DNA from: Eremomyces bilateralis CBS 781.70
Taxonomy: Eukaryota
Length of the DNA stretch: 64,000 nucleotides
Strand: one strand, 5' to 3'
NCBI GenBank assembly: GCA_010015585.1
Contig: ML975152.1
The notes under the pieces are model-generated. The model saw only the letters and a list, made by a program, of their open reading frames with translations. It was not told the origin of the DNA and did not search any database. A program made the position numbers and the translations under genes. Shown in pieces: positions 11,684 through 21,998 of the stretch (its first letter is position 1; each line of letters opens with the position of its first letter).

Positions 11684-14536
11684 TTATGACAGGTCACCGA
11701 CGTTTGGAAATCGCAGATCTGCATGCTCCTCTAAGAAACCCATCCACGACTTGAGAAACTTGCTGCCTCTGCGAATCCATTAGCATTGTATGCATCGGTC
11801 GAGTTTCCCACTTTGGTGCTTTGAAGCGATTGCCATGCAAGGTACCGTCCAGCGTGGTTCGCAATGGGCCGAGTGAACTTACTTTTGCACCGTTTCTGAG
11901 TCGCCAACAACACAAAGATGTCGCTTTGCTCGTGTCATGGCAACTGTCAATTTCCAGAATCAGTAAAATAATGCTTGCAAGCTTGCTTTGCATGGAATAT
12001 TTCCGGATCTCACCGTTTAATCTCCGCTTCTCGCCCAGGAATCCAACTTCCCCCTTGTCGTTACTTCGAACCAGGCTCACGATGACCGCTTCTTTTTCTC
12101 GCCCTTGGAACCCGTCAACGCTGCCGAGTTCGATGCCGGGGTATTCGCTTTTGATCGCTTGAGACAGTATGGCAAGCTACAAAGGAACCGAAATTTCTCC
12201 GGGACATGATCGAGGTATCAGGATGCACTCGCAGCAAGCAAGGAGGCATGACGTGTTACAAACGCTAGGCGATGAGACGCAGGTACGGATGGCGATAATG
12301 CACGTTGTCACTCCATGTTGCTAGGAGGTAGTCCCACCTCGTGTCCCGGAGGTAAATCCGTATCAGCTTCATTCTCAAAAGCGCGGGGCACCAGCTTCAT
12401 GAGACTTACCTGAGCGTTGTACGGAGTAATAACCGCAATGTCGTCAGCTCTAACTCCTGCATCGACCAGGGCCTTGACATGGGAGAACACTAGTGCAGCT
12501 TCAATTTCGTTGCTTTTACTTTCGCTTATGCTCAGTTTGGATTTCTGGTCTTCGTCTTCTTCGTCTGCTCGCTCCGGGAAGTCGCCTCCTTGCGTGTCGT
12601 AGAACACGAGCGGCTGTGTCGTGTCTTCAGTGGATTGGACTGCATAGGGCAAGTCTTTCAGCAATCGCAGTCGTACGCTCTCATCAGCGGTAAGTTGAGC
12701 GTCGTATAGCTCCTGAGATGGGAATTGCATGATCTTCTCATGCATCCGATATTGGACCGTGAGCATCCGTTTGACTTTCGGCCCGTGTAGTTCAAGGAGA
12801 CGATCGAATATGGAGGTTTCCAATGTCATCCCTTTGATAATCTCGCCATCTCCCTTCTGCTCACTGTTGTTCTTCATTTCCTTGGAAGTTGACTGTGTCT
12901 TCGAGTTGACTGACTTCACTACCGGAGGAAGTTGAAGGTGGTCACCAGCAAGGATGACCTTTTTCGCACTCATCAGGGCCACCCTGGACGAGTTAGCTCG
13001 CAGTTCTGCTCTTCTTCCATTCCAGCGGTCGAAGTAAAGTACTTACCACGCCTGGGCCTCCAAAGCTTGGCTAGCTTCGTCGATTACAACCAAGTCAAAT
13101 CGCTCCTTTACATCCCTCAACAGCGACCCTCCAGCGCCATGGAGCGTCGCGCAGACAACCTTAGCACCTTCTACAAGCCCTCTTACGCAACCCTTCTCCC
13201 TCGCTCTAAACTCTTTCCGCAAGTCTCGGAGCTCTCCGTAGACCTCTTTTCTTTCTTTTCGGCCTTTGGTCTTGCGAATCTTGCCTTGCAAGTCATCCAT
13301 TTCTTTTCGAATATCTTGAACCAATGCTCCAGCGTCCGATGTACGAGTGAGGACATCCAAAGAGTGATTCAGAACGGATGGAAGCAGTCGAGCTGGATGA
13401 CCCAGTCGAATTAGGGGGATCCTAGATGGTGCAAGTCGTTCGATCAGATTATCCACGCTCAAGTTGCTTGGGCCGCAGAGTAGGATTCGAGAATCCGAAT
13501 TTCGTTTATAATGCTGAAGGATGAATTCCACGAGCGTTGTGGTCTTCCCGGTTCCAGGTGGACCATGGATGAGTGCCATCGTCGGCGCAGCAAGTGCAAA
13601 GACTACCGCACGTTTTTGGGATTCGTTCAGGTTAGGCGATTGCCATTCGATGGTTGATATTGAGGTAATAGAAGAAGGGGAAGGGATAGTAGGCGGGACG
13701 TGACTAAATAACGCTAGCATCAAGGATGTGTATGACGAAGATTGGAGAGACTGTAGATAGGTCATCGCCTTGGTCATTCTGATATCGTTAGGTCGAACAA
13801 TTTCAGTCGATGGACCATCATAGCATACCGTTTCCACACGACATCATTCGCCAACTTCACTCTGCGTCTCATCAGTGTCGTTCCAAGTGTATGTCAAGGT
13901 ATCGCCGGAGTCCATATCAACTTACACCCATAATCTCCCACCGGGCATCTCCACCTCTTCTTTGGAACAGGCGATCGATATGCCCCTCGCCGAGACCCTC
14001 ATCACCACGCCTTCCACGCCTTCCTCGCGCAGCTCCGCCTTTTCCTTCTTCTTCGCCGACCCAGTCGGCTGAGTCTGGACTGCAACAATGTCTCCCGTTC
14101 GTAATGAGTGTTCCGGTAACTCGCCACCATCGCTATCGTCGGCTACCGATGCAGCGTTGGATGGGCCTCCTTTGGTGCTTCCCCCGGATTTCCCTCCACC
14201 TCGGGATTTCTTTCCACCGCTGGATGACTTCCCACCCCGCACAGCATTGTCTTGCCCTTTGCTACCCAAGTTCCTCCCACTGCTCTTTCCTGATGTGCCT
14301 CCCACAGCGGTATCTAATCCGAGTTCAAGGACGGTCTTACCACCGAAGCCGGTCCGCTGGTTGGTCACCTGCAAGTTGAGGATAGCCAGTCCGATACGCT
14401 GTAGGAATTTCGGGCTCGACTGGGATAGGAGTGCGGATGTTTCTGATTTCTCAAGATCAATCTCCCGGTCGAGTAAGGCGAGCTGGGTTGTGGCAAAGGA
14501 TTGAATGGAGATGGGCTCTGATGATGTTGGAGCCAT
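11684..14536 (-). CDS. HCS1: SF1 DNA/RNA helicase Hcs1/IGHMBP2-like, 7 exons
   Basis: [61 protein letters not shown] and [12 protein letters not shown]. Introns 13925-13862, 13828-13779, 13046-12984, 12409-12177, 12013-11944 and 11882-11769. Ends [10 protein letters not shown]. Confidence 0.93.
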
Positions 14537-16750
14537 GACGTCCTCTTAATCCCTTGCTCTTGACAATATCTCGAGGTGAGATCCTAACCCACGTACTCAG
14601 GTCGGCTGATACAAAATTCCGTTACGATCTCGTTCAACTAGGAAGCAGGATAAATTATTTCGGCAAATCGAATGCCTGAGGCGAGTACTGCGAATGTTGA
14701 TTGTTGTCGGTCTAGGGATGACAGTAGGTTCCCTCTTCAAGAAAGGACCGGGATCGAAGAATCTACACCCAGTCTCGGATTCTTATCATTTCCTTAGACT
14801 TCGCAGATTGAGTTAAAGGGCAGAAAACGTAAATACTGCGTTCACCAGTTGTTGGATCATTTATGTAATCCACACGGCGGCATACGAAGCTTGACGTCTA
14901 TCGTTACCGATTTAGGCTAGTTAGTGTCTGCGACAGAGTCACAGAGGGCATCGAATCTTGCCTCGCCTTTGTCTTTTAATGCCTTAATCACACTTCCCTT
15001 TTATAACAATACCTAAAGTGCTACATTTATTAGTGTTATTATTCAAATTATATTCTCTATTTTCATTAATACCGTACTCCTTGAGCTTTCAGGGTTTGAT
15101 TCGATAAGAATATTCTCATGCTGAGCTGCTGCCTTCGTTTGAAGACATCATATATCACCAGTTCATACGCATGGTTGATCAACTTCACCAGTCTGAAATA
15201 ATTCCCCCCCGAAATGCTTAAATATATACCGGAGCGGATGCCAACTCCATAAGCTTCACTCCTCCACTCTAGCTTTTGCTGTACAGCGTTGCCGGAAGGC
15301 AGCTTTCTCTCCCTCTCATAACCTCGCTGTCTACAGTATCATCTTGTTGGAAATCCCAATAGACCACAAAGCGATCACCCTTAGACGTATGTGGTATTCG
15401 TTGGTTTTTGACACATCTTCTCCACCCCTGGCATCAATGTGAGCATCCACAGTAGCCGCCCTATCGTAGCCATTATCCCCTAGGAGTGGCCGGAGCGGTG
15501 GTAGCAAGGACATCACACTTAGCAGTGAACTGATATTGGAAGCCGGACGCTTGTTTCCAATGACGAATAGATCGGTTTGACTAGGTCGGTACTCGGAAAA
15601 ACCCGGAAAGATTGATATAACTCCGTATCAGAGCCCTAAGATGTATTGTCCAAGTGGCTTGAAGACAACGTTAATTTGACAGGAATAACAGGGACGGTCG
15701 TGTTACCGTATACTAATGCGATGGGAAGTTTCACCAGCATGTCAGTATTGTCAGAACATAGAACCAAAACGATGAAGCCCAATAGGGGTAGAGATAAGTT
15801 GCCTGGCTCTGAAGCATTTCGCGACACACTTGGACTGACGGGTGGAAAGCAAGTGTTGCATGAAGCTGACTTGAAATTGACTTTGACCTTGATATCACAT
15901 TTCCTACTCTGGTGGAGGACTCGTCGTTAGAGGGGAGGCACATCTGAGGCCAATTGTAACAGTTCTGGAGGCGAGGATCAGGGAGATGGAGGGAGAGTAG
16001 AGCAGTCTGAAAGAAGAGAAATGATATTGAAGGGGGATGAAAATGGACTTGTTATCACAAACCCGAGGAATCAAGTCTCATCTCACCAGACCATTTCCGC
16101 ACCACCATGGCTTGCTCTCGTTGCCTCTCGATTTCAGTACCTGGCTTACATACTAATTATGGCATGCAATCCTGGCGATGCCGCCATCAAGCCGCGTCGA
16201 GACAGGAGAAGTGGAGATGTATGAGACGTGGAAAGTTTGGAGACTCAAAAAAAGTCACAGCCCAACCAGCCATCTCCATCCTCAAGGTTCGGCTGACAGA
16301 AAGTGCGGGAGCAGCCGTACGAAAGATGATGTAAAAGAAATAAGTACCCTAGTTGTCGCTGGAGATACTGTGAAGGTCAAGAGCATCACTCAGCCAATAT
16401 CATCACACTCCTTGAACTGGCGGAGTTGCTCCTGGAGAGCGTTGGGATTGTTAGCTCCCATTTCGTACTCATTTCCTTGGTTCCGGTTGGTTGTGAACAT
16501 AATACCTATTTCTTGTCAGCCACCTCTATCACATTCCTTTCTTGGTATCCCTTAGCACGATTGAATATTAATATTGCGTCCACTGTTGTCGAAAAGAGCC
16601 AGCCTCTTTAACCGCGAACCCCGCCACCCCTCCGCTCATCACAATCACATTGCTTTAGCTTCCCGACCATTCCGTCCTCCACAGTTGGACCGAGACTCTT
16701 TCACCATCCATTACAATATCAAGACCTTGTGATTGTCTCACCCATGGATC

Positions 16751-16790
16751 AATAACATCAATGGAATAACATCAATGGAATAACATCAAT
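16751..16790. repeat. 14-bp tandem repeat (AATAACATCAATGG) x~2.9 upstream of the NAD kinase
   Basis: Read directly: aataacatcaatgg aataacatcaatgg aataacatcaat. Confidence 0.9.
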
Positions 16791-16929
16791 TGCTTAATAA
16801 AGCAAATTGGGGCTGATCAATAATCGAGTCGCCCGAGGCCTCCTCCCCCAAACTCAGACAGACGCGGTGACGCCTTCTCGCTCCCTCACGATCGCCTAAG
16901 CGGCATCCTTGGGCTTCATAAGCGGCGTC

Positions 16930-19224
16930 ATGGTCGTGCAGAATACCCAGGAAGACAGACCATGTCACTTGCCTAGTTGCAGGAATAATCCTTCCGCTAA
17001 GAACCACGGACATTGGGACTCGGGGAAACCAGAGAAAGCCGAATCCGATCTCCGCGTTCCCCCAAATCCCGCTTCGACATCCACCGTCGGAGATATTAAT
17101 AATAGCAACGGACTCCCCCGGCGAGGCCCCGGCAGAAGTCAAAATGTTGCTCAGAGAGCATCCATACTAATCGACCCGATATCTTTTCAAGATTCTTCGG
17201 GGACAATCGACGGTTCTGCTCCCATATTCGTGGATCGGAGCTGCGACTCCACACCGAGAGCCACTCCCTTGCCTTCGCGAACAATCGCGAATGATGACAA
17301 GATTCCAGTCAATCGAAGCCAATCATTACCAGGAAAGACGGAACACCCTCCAGCTGCACTAGCACCACACCGGAATCATCGCATGACATATTCCATTGAC
17401 TCGATCCCGAAGCAAACCCTCCTCAAGGTTCTTGCCTGCCGACAACCGCCTTCGCAACCCGCCTCTTATAGAACCAATATCCATAATCTCCTCATGGAGA
17501 ACCCTACGACGCCCCCCGTCTCTACCTTCCACGCCCGTCAAGACCATGCGGATCCCTCCGCTCCTCCGACTACCAACCACCGCGACCGCCGCCTCTCCCA
17601 AGCCCTTTCCGACCTAACCATTGACCCCACCCCCTCCGCTCTGTCCGCCACCGCCAACCAATCCGACCAACTCGCCGCGTTGCGATCTCCCTGCTTTTTC
17701 CACAAGCGGTTCGACAGCATTGTCAACATCGACCGGGTCCTCGAGGAGATCAGTGCGGACGCGCCGCTCTCACATTCGCGCCTCGTGCGAACCGCGACGG
17801 GGGTGCGGGAGGTCAGCCGGCAGCTGCAGCGGCGGCCGATCAAGCGCGCGGTGCGCACGGTGATGATCGTGACAAAGGCACGGGATAATGATCTGGTGTA
17901 TAAGACGCGCGAACTGACGGAGTGGTTGATGAGCACGCCGCGGTATGGCAACGCGGTCGGTGTGGTCGTGTATGTGGATGCGAAGCTACGGAGAAGCAAG
18001 CGCTTCGATGCGGACAGCTTGCTTGCGAAAGACCCGCGGTTCGTCGAGGGGAACATGCTCCGGTATTGGACGCCGGAGATGTGCTGGACGCAGCCGGAAA
18101 AGTTCGACTTGGTGTTGACCCTAGGCGGCGACGGCACGGTGCTCTTCACGTCGTGGCTCTTCCAGCGCATCGTCCCTCCGATCCTCTCTTTCAATCTTGG
18201 GTCGCTAGGCTTCCTTACCAACTTCGATTTCGCGGAGTACAAGAAGGGGCTGGACCCGATCATGGGCGACGCGGGGATGCGGGTCAATCTTCGTATGCGC
18301 TTTACCTGCACTGTATATCGCAGCCCCGCCATATCCCGCTCGTCCACTGCCTCCTCGCATCAAGCGGACATAGCACATACCAGCAAAGGCCGTCGTCGTC
18401 GCCGTCCTGTCCCGGAGCCCGTCGAAGCCGAGCAATTCGAAGTACTGAACGAACTCGTCATCGACCGCGGCCCGAGTCCCTACGTTTCCAACCTTGAACT
18501 CTACTCCCTCCAGCCGTCCACCAACGACACCTCCTCCACCACCTCCTCTGCATCATCATCGTCTTCCTCCTCGAAATCCGCACCCGAACAAGACCTCCTC
18601 ACTATCATCCAAGCTGACGGTCTCCTCCTCTCCACCCCAACCGGCAGCACCGCCTACTCCCTCAGCGCCGGCGGCAGCCTCGTTTCCCCCGATATCCCGG
18701 CCATCCTCCTCACGCCGATCTGCCCGCACACCCTCTCCTTCCGCCCCATGGTCCTCTCCGACTCGATGCTGCTCAAGGTCGCTGTGCCGCGGGGCAGCCG
18801 CGCGGGCGCCTACGTTGCGTTTGACGGCAAGAACCGCGTGGAGCTGCGGCCCGGCGACTACGTGACGGTGGAGGCGTCACGGTGGCCGTTCCCGACGGTG
18901 GGGCGGACGGAGCGGGATTGGTTTAGTAGCTTGGAGGGCGCGCTAAGGTGGAATGTGCGGGGGGCAGTGCAGAAGGGGTGGGATGGGAAGAAGGAGGAGG
19001 AGGGGGAGGACACGGGGGATGAGGGGGATGAGGGGGGGTTTGAGGAGGAGGAGGAGGAGGTGCCGGCGGTGAAGAAGGTGGAGGTGTTTGATATTGATTT
19101 TGATGACCCGGATGAGAGGGATAGTGGGTATAGTGCTACTGGCAGCAGTGTCGGCGGTGGATCGAGCCCTGTGCGGAGGATGGGGATAGGGATGGGTATG
19201 CCGATGGCCATGGGGAGATATTAG
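16930..19224 (+). CDS. ATP-dependent NAD(H) kinase (Utr1/Yef1-like family) with long N-terminal extension
   Basis: LGGDGTVL, GSLGFLT, VLNELVIDRG, DGLLLSTPTGSTAYSLSAGG and ICPHTLSFRP. First ATG at 16930. Confidence 0.95.
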   Translation: MVVQNTQEDRPCHLPSCRNNPSAKNHGHWDSGKPEKAESDLRVPPNPASTSTVGDINNSNGLPRRGPGRSQNVAQRASILIDPISFQDSSGTIDGSAPIFVDRSCDSTPRATPLPSRTIANDDKIPVNRSQSLPGKTEHPPAALAPHRNHRMTYSIDSIPKQTLLKVLACRQPPSQPASYRTNIHNLLMENPTTPPVSTFHARQDHADPSAPPTTNHRDRRLSQALSDLTIDPTPSALSATANQSDQLAALRSPCFFHKRFDSIVNIDRVLEEISADAPLSHSRLVRTATGVREVSRQLQRRPIKRAVRTVMIVTKARDNDLVYKTRELTEWLMSTPRYGNAVGVVVYVDAKLRRSKRFDADSLLAKDPRFVEGNMLRYWTPEMCWTQPEKFDLVLTLGGDGTVLFTSWLFQRIVPPILSFNLGSLGFLTNFDFAEYKKGLDPIMGDAGMRVNLRMRFTCTVYRSPAISRSSTASSHQADIAHTSKGRRRRRPVPEPVEAEQFEVLNELVIDRGPSPYVSNLELYSLQPSTNDTSSTTSSASSSSSSSKSAPEQDLLTIIQADGLLLSTPTGSTAYSLSAGGSLVSPDIPAILLTPICPHTLSFRPMVLSDSMLLKVAVPRGSRAGAYVAFDGKNRVELRPGDYVTVEASRWPFPTVGRTERDWFSSLEGALRWNVRGAVQKGWDGKKEEEGEDTGDEGDEGGFEEEEEEVPAVKKVEVFDIDFDDPDERDSGYSATGSSVGGGSSPVRRMGIGMGMPMAMGRY

Positions 19225-19835
19225 ACGTCATGATTTTAGATTTTAGATGACAGGAACCGATTTGGGTGAGACCTCTTGGATGGCTAGATAGGTTTAGCAT
19301 CATAGCTGGATACCATGAATGAATGACACCTGTATGACCAAGGATAGTTTCATAGGAAGCTCGTTGTTAACCTCCGGGGCGACAACGAAGCATACCAGAA
19401 CGGTTGAGACAGGCACATTGCATTACAAAAGCACAATTCAAAGCCCGAGACTTGGAACGGCCAGAATTTAACCGCTGCTGGACGGCTGGACATACATAGA
19501 AAGCCACGGGAATTGTAGAGCTAGTTAGAAGCATTCATATCAGTAAAACGTCTTATCCGGTAGCTAACGTGTTCATTTACACGCCATGTCCCTCAAGCCT
19601 CAAGCCCAACTGCCAGCTACGGCTTCCTCGTCGCAGACTCATCCCCTCTCCATGCAGGTGTTGCGTATGTTTGAGGGGTATCGCAACCTAACAATTGGTG
19701 CATTCCAGGTCCACCACCCAAGCGCCGTCGGCGTCCCTGATCCGTAGACGCCATTGTCCCGACCCTCGCCCCGACCTTTCAAAATCATCTTTTGATTAAG
19801 CCTCGTCATATCTCCGATGCCACAACGACTCCCGC

Positions 19836-20306
19836 TCAACCAGCATGCACCACCAGAATGACGTTATCGCCTCGTAGGAACCTGCGGCGTCACGCGTTAG
19901 TTCTCCAGTCCGGACGCGAGGAAAGATCCATCCTTACAGCTTGCTGATAAACCGATCTTTGTTCACTGGCCGTCCCGGCTTCCCGCTCGACAGTCGGGGG
20001 GTCTCCGTCCACATCTCCTTGACGTTCTCCAGGATCATGTTCATGTGGCGGTCGAACGCCTTTATCCGCGCGAGCAGCTTGCGGTTGTTCCGGAGGGAGA
20101 TAAGGACTTGGGAGTGGTTTAAAACTGCGGATCGGAGGAGGGAGAGGGGGCCGTGGGAGAACTCATATTCTTCGACTTGGCTGACTTCGTATTCTCTGCA
20201 GGACGTCAGTGTCATGGATTTGGATTTTGAGGTTTGGTGGGAGGACGTACGTCAGTTCATTCTTTGGCTTTGCGAGAAGCTCGTTGATCTTGTCTGACGA
20301 TGACAT
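19836..20306 (-). CDS. SMD2: Small nuclear ribonucleoprotein Sm D2, 3 exons
   Basis: [39 protein letters not shown]...[28 protein letters not shown]...[22 protein letters not shown]. Two canonical introns. Confidence 0.95.
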
Positions 20307-20435
20307 TCTTTCGGTGTAGTTCAAGCGATATTTCTACGATAGTTGCAGCGTGGTTATGGCGAAGTCGATGGAGTTTCTGGGAAGTCGTCGTTGTGAATAT
20401 CAAATGTGGTCTGTGCGCATCGCATCTTCATCACA

Positions 20436-20494
20436 TTCACTGTCCACTGATTCACTGTCCACTGATCACTGATCACTTATCACTATTATTCACT
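20436..20494. repeat. Degenerate tandem array (TTCACTGTCCACTGA x2 plus TCACT units) upstream of SMD2
   Basis: Read directly from the sequence. Confidence 0.8.
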
Positions 20495-20666
20495 TGTGCA
20501 ACTTCAGCTTCTTCAAGTGATGGGAAAATCTGGAGTATCCCTTGAGATGGTTTAGTCCTACTTGGGGTGCATGTCGTTTGCTGTTAATTTTGTCCCAATG
20601 CAATCCTATGGTCGTCTGATCATATTCTATGTGTCTATATTAAAATATTTCCCGATTCCTGTGCTC

Positions 20667-21998
20667 TCATGCTTCGCCTTCATTGATATCTTCCTTGGTA
20701 TCAGAGCACCCGTCGTTGTTCGCCATGACTTTCTCAATCATTCCCTTCTCCACGTCAAATAGTATTAAAACTGCTGCTGTTGTCTCCAATTCCCCGTCTA
20801 TTGACCTTAATCTATCTATCGAATCTGCCCCTTCCTCTAACAGCCGAGCCAAACTGCGAATGATATACCGGCTCTCCATCGCGTCCACCTTCAGAACATG
20901 GGTCCCTGACTTCTTGCCTTTGGGCTGGCCATCGTCCCGCTGCGCTTTCGAGCTCGAACCCTTTGCGGACCCTATGGCGCCCGCCGATGTAACACTCGAG
21001 GCCTCCGTAGGGTTGCCCGCTGATAGAAAATCAAAGATTTCGTCCATATTTGCATCTCTGTGAAGAGCCGGGGTACTGTCACGACTGGAGTCGAGATCTA
21101 GGCGCCCTGAGCTTGTTGATTCGTATGGGTGCCATCGTCCGTACCCCTTTTGGTGTCTCCTAAGCTCTGGATTGTAGTCAATCGGCGGCTGTGGGCCATG
21201 TTTTATCGGGTTTTGATGCGTCGATGGGCCTCGTGGCGCCGAAGTGAGGGTGCTTCCTCCCGACCTCTTCGCTCCGGGCCGTCTCCTCCGATGTCTTAGA
21301 TGCGTCGCGGCATCCCCGATGTATTCACCATCGCGACTGAAGATGGGCGTCTGGTGAGAGATGCCCGGAGGTAGTGACGGGATGTTGCTCATGTCGAAGT
21401 GTGCATGCATGTCGTCTCCTAGTGGAAGGCTGATTGCGCGCTCATGCTGCATCGCGGGGCTCCCTATCGACTGGGAATACGGTTGTGGAGTAGGCGGTAC
21501 TGTCATGACGCCCGAGTGTGATGGCACCGGGGCTGGACGCGGAAAGGGGACGGGAGGCTCAATAAAGGAGGATGCGTGGGGCGAAGCTGTGAATGGGCGC
21601 TCGGAAACGTAAGAAGTCGATCCTGAAGGCGGTCGTTTTGCATGTTGGGCGTGGGGGGCTGCGCTCGCCAGGAAGGCTCGCTGTTCATGTAGTCGAATAT
21701 GCTCCGAAGCGGTCACCGTGATGATAGGATCTGAATCCGTAAAGGTGGACGGGAGAGGTGATTTCGAGTCTTCTGTTTCGGTGCCGAAACGTTCGACACT
21801 GGGGATAGGGAGGGTGAAGTCAATGTCATCCAGAGTCGATGAGAAGGGTGAGGAAGCGCCTGATTGTGTCTGGTTTGGATCTACGGTACCAGGAGGCGCT
21901 GAGGCGCCCGAGAATAGGTCATCGAATTGGATGTCGTTGGGATCCAGAAAGGAAGCATATCCGCAGTGTAAGTCGTTATTCCCAGAAGGGTCTGCCAT
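20667..21998 (-). CDS. Hypothetical, mostly disordered protein (443 aa) with NLS-like basic patch
   Basis: Long ATG-initiated ORF, Pro/Ser-rich, with RHRRRRPGAKRS and a short helical C-terminus. No family recognised. Confidence 0.7.
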   Translation of the reverse strand: MADPSGNNDLHCGYASFLDPNDIQFDDLFSGASAPPGTVDPNQTQSGASSPFSSTLDDIDFTLPIPSVERFGTETEDSKSPLPSTFTDSDPIITVTASEHIRLHEQRAFLASAAPHAQHAKRPPSGSTSYVSERPFTASPHASSFIEPPVPFPRPAPVPSHSGVMTVPPTPQPYSQSIGSPAMQHERAISLPLGDDMHAHFDMSNIPSLPPGISHQTPIFSRDGEYIGDAATHLRHRRRRPGAKRSGGSTLTSAPRGPSTHQNPIKHGPQPPIDYNPELRRHQKGYGRWHPYESTSSGRLDLDSSRDSTPALHRDANMDEIFDFLSAGNPTEASSVTSAGAIGSAKGSSSKAQRDDGQPKGKKSGTHVLKVDAMESRYIIRSLARLLEEGADSIDRLRSIDGELETTAAVLILFDVEKGMIEKVMANNDGCSDTKEDINEGEA

